From assembly GCA_000934665.2 (NCBI GenBank), contig JYFJ02000936.1:1-64000 (forward strand): DNA of 64,000 nt, in the 5' to 3' direction. This document shows positions 38,732 to 52,156 of the stretch, piece by piece. The translations under genes and the position numbers were made by a program. How positions within the stretch are numbered: the stretch's first letter is position 1; each line of letters opens with the position of its first letter. This DNA comes from Catajapyx aquilonaris. Its lineage: Eukaryota. The notes below the pieces were generated by a model. That model ran no database searches. It saw only the letters and a list, made by a program, of their open reading frames with translations, and was not told where the DNA came from.

Positions 38732-41700
38732 TCAAAAATGTTTCCATTCTCCTGCGATTTAGGATAGAGACACTTTTTAACAGAATATGGATATTTCAAA
38801 TTAATTGAAAATATTAAGCAAAATAATACGGTATGATTGAGTAGAACTTTGCAGCCATCACATTATGGACAGATGGATGTAATATTGCAGTTTGTTTTTG
38901 CACACCATGTGGCAGGACTTGTTGGAACCTGAAAAGAAGCGATTGAGACATCAAGTGTAACGGAATAAGGATCTATAGACGGCGTTATTCTTGCGCAGTC
39001 GTCCGAATTTTGGAGAAACAGTTGGAGTGGAGAGGAAGGGAGACTAACTTGCAAGGGGGTACAAAAAAAGGTCACTTGCTTTTTATCTTTTTCCAATGTG
39101 AAACGAATCAGGTTCCCTTTATAGTTCTAGACCTGCTTTTTACGATTTCCATGCCCTCCCGTCATCTAATTTTCCAGACGCAAAGCAACGGAGACAGTTA
39201 GTATGCATAAGGTGTCACATAATCTGCAGGATAACGCGAGCTTGCCTTATTCCCAGTACTATACAGCGCGTTGAGCTGGATAAAAAATCCCCTGATAAAC
39301 AGCTGGATATTAAATATTTGGGTGGTTATCAGGCTGGATTAGAACCACTGTATACTGTGCAGAATTCGGCACATAAAATGCAGTGATAAAGGCCGTGATT
39401 TTTCTACTGTTGTTACATGTAATGACTTGTTGCATAAATGTTGGTACACTAAGAGAAATCAAACAATTATTTAATTCATTATCCATCCATTATCCATTTA
39501 ATTAGTGCCATTTGGTTACATAAATATTTAACTATCTTCAAACCATAAACGATACAATATTAGGGCAATTATTCTTCCCTAAAGTGACGGTCTTTTTGAA
39601 TATAAAATATGATAGTTACAATGTAGGGTTAATATCAGATTTGATACCATTTCAGAATATTTGAATCGTTATGAAACACCGTGCATTTTTAAACAAGTAG
39701 TTCTCATAAGAAATTCAAATAATGTGTGAAAACACTGTACTGCACCAGTTTTCTGCAGTAATTATATTATGTGAATTGCCGCAATTCTCATGAACTGAAA
39801 TGTAGTAGTTTCCACTAAAATTTGCATTTCAATGGCTTGGAGTGGTCCAGTGAATATTTCTGGCAACTGCCCCTCATTAGCATGCAGCAGTATTTGCAAT
39901 ATTGTGATGGAGTTTACAATGTCATGCCAATTATCACTTTATTTACTTAACTGAAGTGTTTGCCCGGAAAATATTCTCACCAACTCACTTTCCGTATTTG
40001 TGAAAAATTTCGCCATATTTTTATAACCTGAAAATTCGAGCTGGTGTGTAGATTTACTCTGTATATAGTATGCAAAAACATGTTATTATAACCTCTACAC
40101 GTGACCTTTACATGACTAAAATCACGGATTATACACCAATGACACCACAAAGATTTTATTTTAGTTTGTTTTGAACCGTTGTTGCGTGGTCGTTCAATCC
40201 AGGCCTGAATTTTGTGAGTATACAAACATGCTTGTATAAAGTTGTCTTAGTCGTGGGCAGAACTTTGATTACGGAACAATCGTTAAGGCAATATTGTAAC
40301 AGCACTGTACAAATAATTCTGCAAAGACTTTCATAAGGGTTGGGTTGCAGTGGCAAACATCGTGATGCTTGCAGAATCCTTCCCCCCTTTTTTGTAATGA
40401 ACGTTTCTCTCAGGGAACATACAGATTCCTCCGAAACTAGGTCAGGATGTGTCAATATTTCCAGCCGTCAGAAGGCGAATTTTGATCCTACACATCACCA
40501 TAGCTATGCAATCTTCGAACATCTCGTGTTTTTGCACGAACATTAGTAGCTATTTTTCGCATTTAATACGTGGAAAATCCTGCACTGAAGTAAAGTTAGT
40601 GTATGAAAAGACTCAATTTTTTTGCATATTTAATGTTTACTGCCCGTGCAGTGTACGTTGCCTCTGGCATTTTTGCAAATTTTGCAAACTCTGAAACGAG
40701 TTGCTGAGACACTTTTTTGTCCTGCAATATTTAAACAATTATTAATATTTGAAACCGCATACGAAATGAACTTTGAGGATTAAATATTTGTATGAGCAAC
40801 TGTAAGATTCACGTAGCTAAATTTTTTTGACGTTAATTTCACATCTGCCTGTTTTTGCCAATTGATTTTTTTTTGCATCTCTTCTCTGTCGTTTACCTCT
40901 CCTATCTAGTCATCTTGTCAGGTTCTTTCTCCTCTCACGAGCTGTTGTTCTCTTCAGCTTTGTGCACCTTCTCTTTCTTGTGTATTTGACAGCACGCTTT
41001 TGCCAGCCCTGCCTTTGTCTGAGGTTTGGGACAATTTTCTGCATGTACGCCTGTTAGCAACTGCAAGCCCTTCTTGATTTTGCTTCCTTGCCCCTCAGGG
41101 GACTTCTTGACTTCTTTGTGCAATCAGATGGCTTTTATGTGGCACGGTCTCTTTCAATGAAGTTAACATGGAAAAAGAAAAGTTGAAAAATACCAGTGAC
41201 AAGTATCTGATCAATTCAGTACTGTACTGTGCATTATTATTGGAACGTTAACTAATTATGCTTTTCAATCACCGTTGGTTAACATTTAAAATAATTTTCA
41301 TATTATATGCCAGTAGTAGTGTAATAATAGTAATTACTTGGCATAATGACAACAACAATGTGCCATCAATTATGAGCTTTGGATTTTCTCTTTAACGCAT
41401 ATACAATCAGTGTTGAATATTTTTAGATATTACGAAGGCCTGCATTGCCAAGAGTGTTTTCTCGAAAGCAAATGAAATATGTTTGTACAATAATTTCCGC
41501 GCTACGCGTAATTTTTATAGCAACCGCAGGGTATAGAAATGCAAATGGAAACATATAAATGCAGATTTCTTTCCACTCTTGGATCCGCGAACAAATAAAT
41601 TGTGCTTCGCCTTTTTGTGAGCACATCGTCTCCACTTTACAAAGCCCGTTTCTAAAGCTGGCGACTGAACTAGTCCTTCGTAATAATAAGTCATCACGAA

Positions 41701-44700
41701 GCAAGCTTTTGTTTTAAAATCGTGTTTCTTCTCCAAAGCAATTCACCAAAGTAAGTGTATGCATTACATCTCTTGCGTCACACAGCAGCAGCGTTATGTT
41801 CAAAGAGTGCCATCATATCAACCCAAATTGCACGCAGATGAAAATGCAAGGAAAGCAATCTTCTTTCCGCCCACGTTTTTCGCTCGCGAACTACAGCAAG
41901 TAACTCTCATTCCCCATTAAAAGCATCAGAAGTTTATCTGGAGCCAATCACCGACACCGTGTATAGCGCACGAGCTCTAGACAATGTTAATAACGATCGT
42001 GTGATAGGCGTGGGAACATGACGATGTATGGTAACCCAGGGAACCGGGGTAAGCCAGCCATTGTCACTCAAATCTGCTTGATGCCATTTGCTTTAATTAC
42101 CTTCAGCCATGAGTTTCCATAGTTGCCTGGGAGATGGCTGGTGGTAGTCCCCTCCATTTTGGGATGTGATTAACACCAAGTCATATTATGTCGCTGCCAT
42201 ATTCAAGGCAAATGTGATGGTGAATTGCTTGGCACAGTGGGGCCATTTAAACGGAACCTTGGAAACCGGACCAGTTCCGGATACGGTTGCTTAGGAGTGA
42301 TATTTGCATGCAAAAAAAATTGTTGATTATTGGTGTAATATCAGCAACTGTTGACACCATTCAATATAAAAGTACATCAGAATTCATCCCTTTCGGCAGG
42401 AAATCATACGAGTAACAATCTGCGTTAACAAGCACATATTGGACCAGTTCCTGAACGGGTTCGGTTTCCTCATGTAATGAATTTGGAACCGTTAATGTCT
42501 GCTGCCAATATTTGAACAATTATTTGTTGCAGGCTTTGCTTGAAATATTTCACCTGCAGGTTTTAGCACACAATATTTTTTTTGTCTGGTTGGTTCCTCT
42601 TTAGTGAGACCTACATAACTCCACGGGTTTTAATTTATGTGAATGTCCCAAAACAATTAAGTGCGATTTACTCACGAAGCCAAAGGGGCGTTAATTAGTC
42701 GACTCATTACTGTAATGAGGACGAAGAGCCATAAGAAGCTATATGAGATCCACGGCCATATACTGTATGGTGGCATGAATATTATTAACATTAGCTGTGT
42801 TTTGTAATGGCCATATGTATCTTTCCTCGTTCATTTACATGCCCTGCGTTAAATTTTCTTTTTAAATAATGCGCTTGTAATTATTATTAACACGGCTGTT
42901 GTTACACACCAAAAATGTTTTTGGTATCATGACATTTAAACTAAAATTTCTCTGACTGCTGGGATTAAAGTCGACATGGTCACTGCCCTAGATAATAAAT
43001 TGAGCAACTTTTAATAAAGCTTAATCGTAAGTGTAATAATATGTAATGTAATAAAGATAAAGCTGCCAGCTCTCAACTGCTCGTTAAAAATTAATAAAAA
43101 ACCAGGTAATGCAGTAGACATTTTCTATGACGCATAATTTTTAACGGTGTGCTGGATACTATAGATAGTATAGAAGATGCTATTATCATGTGTTCGATAT
43201 CTTATTTAAATGAATTTTATGTTGTTTTTTTTTTTAAAGTTTTTGGCGCGTAAGAGTTGGTCGGCGGCACTCCTGGCATCTGGCGGAATACTGGGGTAAA
43301 CCTGGGTAAGCCACGGGCTTCTTCATACATCTGACAGATGGCTTGCAACATTCGCTGAGAGAAACAGCCTCTGCGAGCTAATATTTACTGAACTGAAGTA
43401 CAGCCTGTACCGGTACTGTAGTAATAAAAGTAAATGTAAAAAAAAGAGACGTAATAAGGAAAGGGCTAATACTGTAGTACCATACTTTTCCATAATTTAC
43501 CGAGCAGTGGAACACTGCTTAATATTACTTGTGTATACCGTATGATGAGTTGATGACAAAAAATGTCGGTGTGATATTTTTCTAACTGATATTGAGCAAT
43601 ATCTCAGAAGGAAAGGAGTAAGGGTGATCCAAGAAAGAACAACATAGTTCACAAGTTTGATATTGATCTCACTTGTTTTACTAACTCTGTTTTATTACTT
43701 TTATTTGATATTTAACTTATATTTTTTACTCTCTTTAGTGCCCGTAAAATGATCATTCCCTCTGAAACATTCGGAATCAATTCAAAACGTAATCTTCAAT
43801 TTTCTAACTATTAGCATTTTTAAGGAGGTGAATATCTAAGGACTGTAGTTTTACTTCGAAGAGTTAATTACTAGAATTTTAGTGAACTACAATAGGTGTA
43901 AATCAATTTGACCACGACATTCTGATTCACGTTGGCCTACGAGAGAAAACTGAGCAATGAACAGCAGGATTTCCTATTTGTATCAATTGTGAACACCATG
44001 AATGCAAATGCTGTATGACAGACTGTGGAAACTTTTAAAACTCAAGAGCACACAAAAGTTAGTATAGGCTAATGAAGTAAAAAGTCTTCCAGGGAATGGA
44101 ATGATGGGGGGTTTTTCCCCAATGGAAGAAAATCAAACTGTCAAGTGCACAGCAGCACTTACAGATTCTGGGAGTGGAGGACGTCCCATATTTTTAATCA
44201 GCGGCAGGGAAAGGGTTTCGGGATGGAAACGACATGAATGCAGAGGAAAAAGGACTCCGGTCTTAATCTTATCACCCCGGAATTAGAATTTATTCCCGAG
44301 TCGGCAAGGTCCTCAAAAAAGGGGGAGTCGCAATTAGTTCCCATACATATCTAGGAAAAGGAAAGTCACTCAAGTTTGTGAGTGGTGCTCGCCCTCGGAT
44401 TAATAGCATTTCCAGGGACAAATTGTTGCTCCTTCCATTTAAAAAAACATTTACGACCCCGATAGAAGTCTGGGATTCAATCACTTATCAAAATGTTTGA
44501 TGGAGAGGAGAAGCCGCGAGACACGCTTTTCGATTTCTGAAAAATATTTTTGCTGGAGGGGGTTGCTAGCTATAGGGGAGGGGAGGTCAATCAAGGAGGG
44601 CATGAAATATGAGGGGGTAAAAATACGTCCGGTTAGAGGAATTTCGAGCCTGATCCTTGTGCCCTTTTCAATTAGGCCCTTCGTTTGGGAGATGGATTGC

Positions 44701-47700
44701 TTTTAAAGGAAACATAGCGGTACATCCGATCTTTATGCTTTGCCGGCCATTCCTTCTTTTTCTTGAAGCGCCAAGATGTAGGTCAGTACTGATGGGCCTG
44801 CAGGGCAGAGATCCGAACCTTTTTTTCGACAGATATAATAAAATAACATGATATTTGACAGAAAAAGTATGTTGCTCAACAGCTATTAATTTCAAAGTCT
44901 TGTTAAGAAATTCCGTTCGAGTTTCGTACAAAAAAAAAAAATCACGTCCTGTTCAGAGGTGATCCAAACAAATCGGAAGTCAATTTTATCCTCGGTTAGC
45001 AGGTGATCAGGTGAAGTTCCTCTCTTTTCCGAACCATTGACGACATCGCGTCATTTCCTCCTCAGCTTCTTGCATTATTGTCCTCAGGCAATATCCGGTC
45101 CGAGTGAAAGTCCACACATCCTGTGTGACTTATCCATCCTTGGCAATGACCACCAAAGAGAATCTGACACCTTTGTCCGCATAGGCTACATTTTAAAAAT
45201 TTAGTGCTCACCAGTTGCATTTTAAAACTATTTTAATTACTCATTGTGGGACTTAGTGACATCCTGTTATGTATGCGATCGTTTGGTAGGTATTGGTCCC
45301 GGATGGGAAGAGCCGGAGCCTGTGATCTCATAGGAATAAGGGATCCCCCCCCCCCTTTCCTTCTGACGTTTTTTGCCTTGATTAGGGCCGAGATGAACGA
45401 CGGAGTAATTACAGGACGTGCGAATCATAATCTGTAGGTGAGGCCATTCATCAAGGTCTACACAAAAGAGCCTGCCGCGGAAACCTCCAGCCTTTTTTTC
45501 TTCTTCATACTGTATAAATACATGCCCATAGAGTGTGTGTTGTGATCACATCTGGATCTACGCGTGGGGAGGAGTCTGCTTGTATAATAATTAGGAGATT
45601 CCAGATTGGAAATGGTAGCCTTTTGCTGTGGCAGATTTCAAACTTGCTTCGGGGAGTTTGAAGGCATCTGGGGCAAACTCTGCTGACCGAGTATAATATA
45701 TTGATCCAGAATATAGCTGGTGCTATTGGCGGATGGGCAACAAAATGCTGAATTCAACGGGAAGAAGGAGTGGTACTAGTGAACCTGAAATTGAATTAGT
45801 GAGTAGGTGGAAGGCAAGCCTTATCCAGCAGGCATGGATGATGCTATAGGCGGTGCAGGATAATCGGGAAAGGCGTAAAAGGCCAGCAGGGGGGCGTGAT
45901 GGTGCTTGCTAAGAAGCCATGAATTTGGTAGGATCCTCTGTGATCACCTACGTGTACGGCCACGCACACACACTCCCAGAAGAGCACACAAGTGGTTTCC
46001 TTCCCATATATACAACCCAGACTCCCCCCCGTTAATTAGGGGTCGCCTTTCCTTACGCGCGATTTCATTATAAATAATGGCCGCGGCATCGTGCCTTCGT
46101 TTTTCCTTCTCCTTTCCTCTGAGAGAATAAGCCTAGCTCTCATCAAGAGTGCTGATGGATGGAACGCGATGCTGCTTTGACGTGCCCTTCTCTGACAGGC
46201 TGCCATTTCGCGCAGGAAAGTAGCTGCCCAAGCCATGCCCCTCCGGAGAATATTCCACGCCATCATGGTCAATCTTCATTCGCCGGATGGACGGAAAGTA
46301 CGCCGAGGATTGACCTCCGGGGCCATCACATTGCGCCTAATAAGTGTGCCATTGTGGGAGCAATACTGTGTTTTAATACACAAAGTAATTTGCTACCTTT
46401 CCTAACGAATAAGGCAAAGTAGCTTGGAAGGACGCGGACATATACCTTTCGTAAATCGTAAAAAAAAGTACAATTATTTCAGTAACGACCTAATGACACC
46501 CATGCAATGAACAGATGTCATTATTGGACCCATCCTGTGTAGATGCATGTCTCTGAATAATAAATATGAAACTTAGGCCTTGGCTCACTTTATTGCATGA
46601 TTGTAAAAATGGAGGGTTGGCTTTTGGAAATATGCGGACAAGGTTGGGTGAGGCCGCGGGGGTGAGGTATATTATAGAGTACTACATTGACTAATAGAAA
46701 TGGAGAGAAGGGGGAAAAGGGATATCCCCGAGAGTCATTTCCCAATATTCCTTTCCACTCAATCACCGATTCAGTCGCCTGGAGTCAGACTTATGGGGGT
46801 GAAGCGCATAATATAATATAAAAAATGAATGGTTCGTGTGGCCAATGCGAGAGGTAGGACTCCGCCAGCTTTTTATTCAGCCCGCAAAGTGGCCCCGGGG
46901 CGGCCCCGCTTATTATTAGCTAATTTAATAGCACGCCGCATTAGCTCTTTAATATTGGATTTGAGCCTCGAGCCTTTCACTGCCGGCGACGGGTTCGGTA
47001 GGACTCCCAATTTTTTTTTTTTCTTCTCGTTTTATTATTTTTTCATAATTCCGCCCACCCACCCACAGCATCCCTTCTGTCGAAAAGATGGCCCTAGGGA
47101 TATCCTTTGGGACTAGTCAGAAGCAGTTGGCTGCCAAATATTGTTCGCCTTATGCTGCATAGCAGCGGAGCCCGTTCTTCGCACGGCCCGTTGCCATGTG
47201 TCATATGCCGGACAAACATTCATACCAACAAACTTTCCCGTTTATACTATGAGATTACCTTCATGGACTTGGGCCATCAGCATCAGCTCTATGGAATCGA
47301 AATAGAATAAGTATAAAAAAATATTAAGGGAAGTAGGCCATGTCACACAAGTTGGCAGGTAACACCCGATAATGCGGTGCGTTATTTGTAAGTAGAAACA
47401 AGTTTTTTTTTTTGAAGGATCGTGAATGCTTATTCTTAGGCCCCCCCATTCCTGTTTGGTTGGAAAGGGAAGTTAATCGAGGTTTCTAGGGAGGAGGAAA
47501 ATAGTCGGTTAGCAGTGCTGCAGCTTTCCCCTGTCGAATGGGACGCCATGCAGCTTATACCTGGGAGAGGGATGGGAGAGAAAGAAGAAGGGGGCCACGT
47601 GCTTTTTTTCGGCATGCGTCCTCTTCTTGTAAGGTGTCGGCCACCCCCTCCGGAGACTCTAATTATCGGTTTGGTTTCTTCCCCTCCCAATTGGAGAAAA

Positions 47701-47938
47701 TCTGCGGTCTCTCTCTCAGTCAGGGGGGGAAATAGGGGGCGGTTCCAGCAAACCGCCCCCCTTGCGGTCTCGCGGTCGGGGGTCATTTTCCGGGACGCAA
47801 ACCAGCCTTTTTACACCCCTTTTGGCACCGACAATGGCCCCTGTTGTCACCCCGCCGCCTATACTCTACAGCTGTTGTAACAGGCAGAAAAGCAGCCTAT
47901 AGTTTCCAAAGAAAAGGAAGAAACACTCGTTTCTATTC

Positions 47939-48025
47939 ATGGTGAAGTACTGGTGGCGCCAGGATCCGATGGCGGCAATATTCTTTTGCCGCCATCGGAT
48001 AGTGGAGCCAGCAGTACGACACCAT
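47939..48025. other. 87-nt imperfect hairpin (pre-miRNA-like or MITE relic)
   Basis: Perfect 15-bp stem 47964-47978/47986-48000, 7-nt loop, continued by symmetric imperfect pairing out to 47939/48025. The hairpin is certain; its function is not. Confidence 0.6.
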
Positions 48026-48758
48026 TAATTCAGCAACTATACCTGAGGGCACAAACTGGAGCAAATTCCAATCTTCGCAGAAGCATCGGACTTGAACTGT
48101 TGGGCGTGTCCAAACCAATTTATCTTTTGGCCAAAAGGGACGATCCTTATGGAATAAACGATTGCTCATATAGAGCCATTGGAAGCGAGACACGAGCCCT
48201 GTAATTTGAGGAGGGGTAGTTTTAATCTGTAACCAGTCTAACCTGATTCTATTCTTGGGGTTTGGGAGGTTCCAAACCCATGTAGTGGGGAGGTCTGTTA
48301 AAGGTAATGAGGCATTTCTCTTGCCCAGTAATTGTCTTGTTGTTCGGGGGGGTTCGGACCATCCCCCCACTCCCTTTACTAAACCATTTCGGAAACTCAT
48401 TTTAAAGGTGTACCGTTCGATCGGGTGCGATACCAGCAGCCGCTCGTCTCCATAATGGCTCGTGTTTGAACTCACGGGGGTCGTGAGCTTGGTTTTGCCC
48501 CCAAGCTTCCCCCACTCTATAGACCGCATCAGACTCATCCCTTTCCCCTCATTGCCTGATGCCGAAAAACCGCTGATGCAGCAGTAGCGCCCCTAGGAAG
48601 AGGGGGCCGGAGGTGGACCTTGACATTTAAATTATAGGGCAATGTGACACTAAATGACCGCATTTTTTTTGCGCTTCCATCACTTCATTCACTGCTCTGG
48701 AATGCATGCGATTTCGTGCGGAATTGGATTCAAATTGTTTAATTATTGGGATTAAATG

Positions 48759-49224
48759 CATTGAAAACTTGGAGTGCATTATTTTATTCACTTTTCAACA
48801 GAAAACTTGGACAGGTGAGTAATATTTCTCTTTATTAATTTTAAATGCATGAATATATGCATTGAGTGCATTTTTTGATTCACATACGTATACATTTCAT
48901 TCATAGTGTGAATTTTAAAATGCACTCAATACCCTACATACGGTATATTTATGCATTAAAATGAATAAGGGCAAACATTATGATTTAATGAATATAATTG
49001 TTATATTTTAACATTAAATTATATTTTATTAAATTAATAATTGATTCATTTTAATGCATAATATGCTACATGCATTGAGTGCATGTTGAAATTCACATAC
49101 GGACATTTAATATTCATAATGTTAATTTTAAAATGCACTCAACCAATAATATTTATGCACTAAAATGAATAAAGCATTTATTCACCGACGAATGAATAAA
49201 ATAATGCCCTCCAAGTTTTCAATG
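48759..49224. mobile_element. CMC (CACTA/EnSpm/Mirage)-like AT-rich MITE, long copy (466 bp)
   Basis: 32-bp TIR cattgaaaacttggagtgcattattttattca (1 mismatch); TG|...|TG 2-bp TSD; two internal ttgagtgcat...atgcactcaa hairpin units. Confidence 0.82.
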
Positions 49225-50539
49225 TGACTCAACATTTGACAAACATAATTTTTGTCATCTAGTTTCCTACACTACTACCCAGTCATCATATTACACGAGG
49301 CAAAGCTATACTAATGTCATAATTTATGGGCGGCTTAGAGGTAATACAGGTAATTCAATTTTTGCACCATTCCCTTATTTGGAAGAGGCTGGATTAAATT
49401 AAGCGTAAGTAAATACCCGAAGACAAGCCCCTCATGCGCTGGTAATTAATGATCGAGTGTTGCTAGGGCATATAGAGGGATGATGTATTAGAAGAGTACG
49501 TTCAGTGTATGATGGTAGGGGTTAGGGGTGGTTGGGAGGATAACATGTCCGAGGCTTGTTGATGAGAACAGGCCTGGGATTTATGACGGCTACGTGTTGT
49601 TGCAGCCAATTAAAGTAGTGAAGTAGGCGAGGCCAAAGGTGAAGGTGGCTTCCCACCTTTTCTCAGCTTTATTTGTGAAGGGTTGAGGTGTAATAGAGTG
49701 GACCAGAGTGGGTTTGGAAATAATAATAATGGAAAAAAAGAGCAAACACGATCAAAATTGTTCACATGGGATCAGGTGATGCCAGGCATTCCGAAGCTCG
49801 TTTTCAGCAAAATTTATTAGCTGCTAAGGTTGCCAGGGGAAACAAAAGGCCCGGCAATTGCTCGATTATGCCAGGCGTTAATCTGAGTGTTTCGTGATCT
49901 TTTTATTACAGTGTTTTGGCAGATGAGTGGATTATTTAAGTGCAGCCCCCAAGAAAGCGGTGGTGTTAAGGATATCTTGGTATATCCCCCATCAGTAAAA
50001 ACCCCTTCCATTATCCCCAACCAAACCTTGACCTCCTGTTTGCTGGATATAAACCCATTATCGCACATGACGCCCTGTTATTGACAGCGATAACGTGTGA
50101 AGTTGCAGCGAGAAATAGGCGAAAATTGACGCCCAGGCTGTGAGCCTGGCTTGTAATTATCCTTGCCAGAAGGATCGGTCGCTTTTAAGAACCTGCTGCC
50201 CATCTTGTTAACATTTTTTTTTATTTGGTGGGGAGGTGGGGTGGGGGTATTTAACCGCCCCCCTAAAAATGGAGGGTGAGAAAGAAAGGTGGGTAAAAGA
50301 GGTATCCGGAGATGATGCTGCCAACTGATTATACGGGGAGATATGGGGATGGATCAGAGAGTTATGTGCTGTTAGGCTCCCATGGGGTCGAGGACCTTAC
50401 TTACACTTGCTGCTGCCATGAGGCCAAAGAAGATTGGTGTGTGATGGACATGCGCGAAACACGGGGTTCTGACGGACCGGATATGTTCGGAGCATTCACC
50501 GGAATTTTGGGGGCACGTGTATCCATATGAGAAGCAAAA

Positions 50540-50704
50540 AAAAGGACCAGGGTCATGACACTATTGCTTTGTACAATAATTAAGAAAACCAAAAGGACCA
50601 GGGTCATGACACTATTGCTTTGTACAATAATTAAGAAAACCAAAAGGACCTGGGTCATGACACTATTGCTTTGTACAGTAATTAAGAAAACCAAAAGGAC
50701 CTGG
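50540..50704. repeat. 51-bp tandem repeat, about 3.2 copies
   Basis: Unit aaaaggaccagggtcatgacactattgctttgtacaataattaagaaaacc starts at 50540, 50591, 50642, and partially at 50693; copies are near-identical. Confidence 0.97.
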
Positions 50705-51852
50705 TCCAAAATCCTGCAGAAACCAATAATTGTAGCATAAAACTGCATTTCTCAGGAAGTTGTTTTAACGAGCATTAACTTATGCAGCCAGACGTACGCC
50801 ACAGTAAACCACAGCCATATGGTAAGCGATATGGAGTATACCACTCAATGGCTATATAACTGCCGCACAAGATATTTGTACACCATGTGCTGTAATCATC
50901 AGCAAACCGCCTTGCTTTCCAGGAAAAGTTATTGCCAAATTAGGGAGAAGTAATAGCACAATGGTAGGTCTGCAGCTTACCATTACAGCCACTGAGAGAA
51001 AGGATGATGATGGACTTCTATTGAACTTGACAGCATTGCATGACTGCAATGAGCCGTGTGAATTTACCAATTTCTTCTGCTTGATGTAAAAATGTGCGAA
51101 AAAACTATTTACGTGATTTTTTGGGTGGGAAACATCTGTGCATAACGGCCCATCACACAATCAGATGTGACAATTTTTTTTTTCCAGCTGCGTCATTCGG
51201 TCACTTCAAAATATTCTGAAAAGCCCTTGAAATCCTTATAGATCCAGTGCTAGTGACCCACATTTTTAAGTGCCACATAAGGAGGGAAAAAATGTGACAA
51301 AGAGCGGAGAAGACCCTCTTTGTGAAAGACAGAGCAGTTTCCCTCATTCACTTCCGTCTTCTTCTTCTTCTTTTTTTGGTCCTTGGTTTCCTGCTCGATC
51401 CATTTCAGTAGTGTTTGCTGTTGGAAGCTCTTCACCAGTCTGATCCCCCAACTAATGCTGTCTCATGTTTGCTCAAGCCTCGTGCTTCTTCCGCCGATGG
51501 GAACCTTTTGTGCTCCCAGGCTTGATTCGAATTTTTCTAAGCTTTACTGCTGCACTACATCTATACACATATACCTGGCCGGTAACCCACTTCTTTGGTC
51601 TTACGGCTTCTCTTGACAGCTTGTTTTCTACGGGATAAAAGCGAACACTTGTTTTGATTGGCACTGCCTAACTTTGGTGGTCTACTTTTTTATAGTATTA
51701 CCAGGCAGCAATGAAGCGGTTCAAGCGTATCGGAATAAAGCGTGCAACACGTTTTAGGTAGGTGCTAATGGCTCCTGTCAAGGTGAATGCGAACTAATAA
51801 CACAGGTCCAAACAACAAAGGAAACCAAAGTTACAGCAAGACTCGTATTAAC

Positions 51853-52156
51853 TAGAGATGCTCTAGGAAGAGAACTTCTGACGTCATGTCATTTCTGATT
51901 GCTAAGAGTAATTATTGACTATTTACGTGTCACATGGTGGCTGCCATCTCGCGTTGTTATGGAAGAAGTTGCCGGCTTTGACGTCACGGTCGACTCCGAT
52001 TGGCTGGAGTAAGGCCTTCTGGCTCCAGCCAATCGGAGTCGACCGTGACGTCAAAGCCGGCCACTTTTTTCCATGACAACTCAAGATGGCGGCCTCCATA
52101 GGATCAGAGACGATATGACGTCAGAAGTTGGCTACTCTCTTCCTGGAGGCTCTCTA
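51853..52156. mobile_element. Palindromic non-autonomous DNA element (304 bp) with a 10-bp TSD, Mutator-like by TSD length
   Basis: TCGTATTAAC on both sides (51843-51852, 52157-52166); termini tagaga...tctcta; perfect 39-bp central stem 51971-52009/52023-52061. Confidence 0.85.

Noticed and set aside
47933..48538. Longest ORF in the track (201 aa, minus strand)
   Set aside because: No recognisable domain or clear exon boundaries; consistent with a chance ORF in GC-richer DNA.
50401..50748. Hydrophobic repeat ORFs and CRISPR-like appearance
   Set aside because: Translation of a 51-bp head-to-tail repeat; no unique spacers, no cas genes, eukaryotic context.
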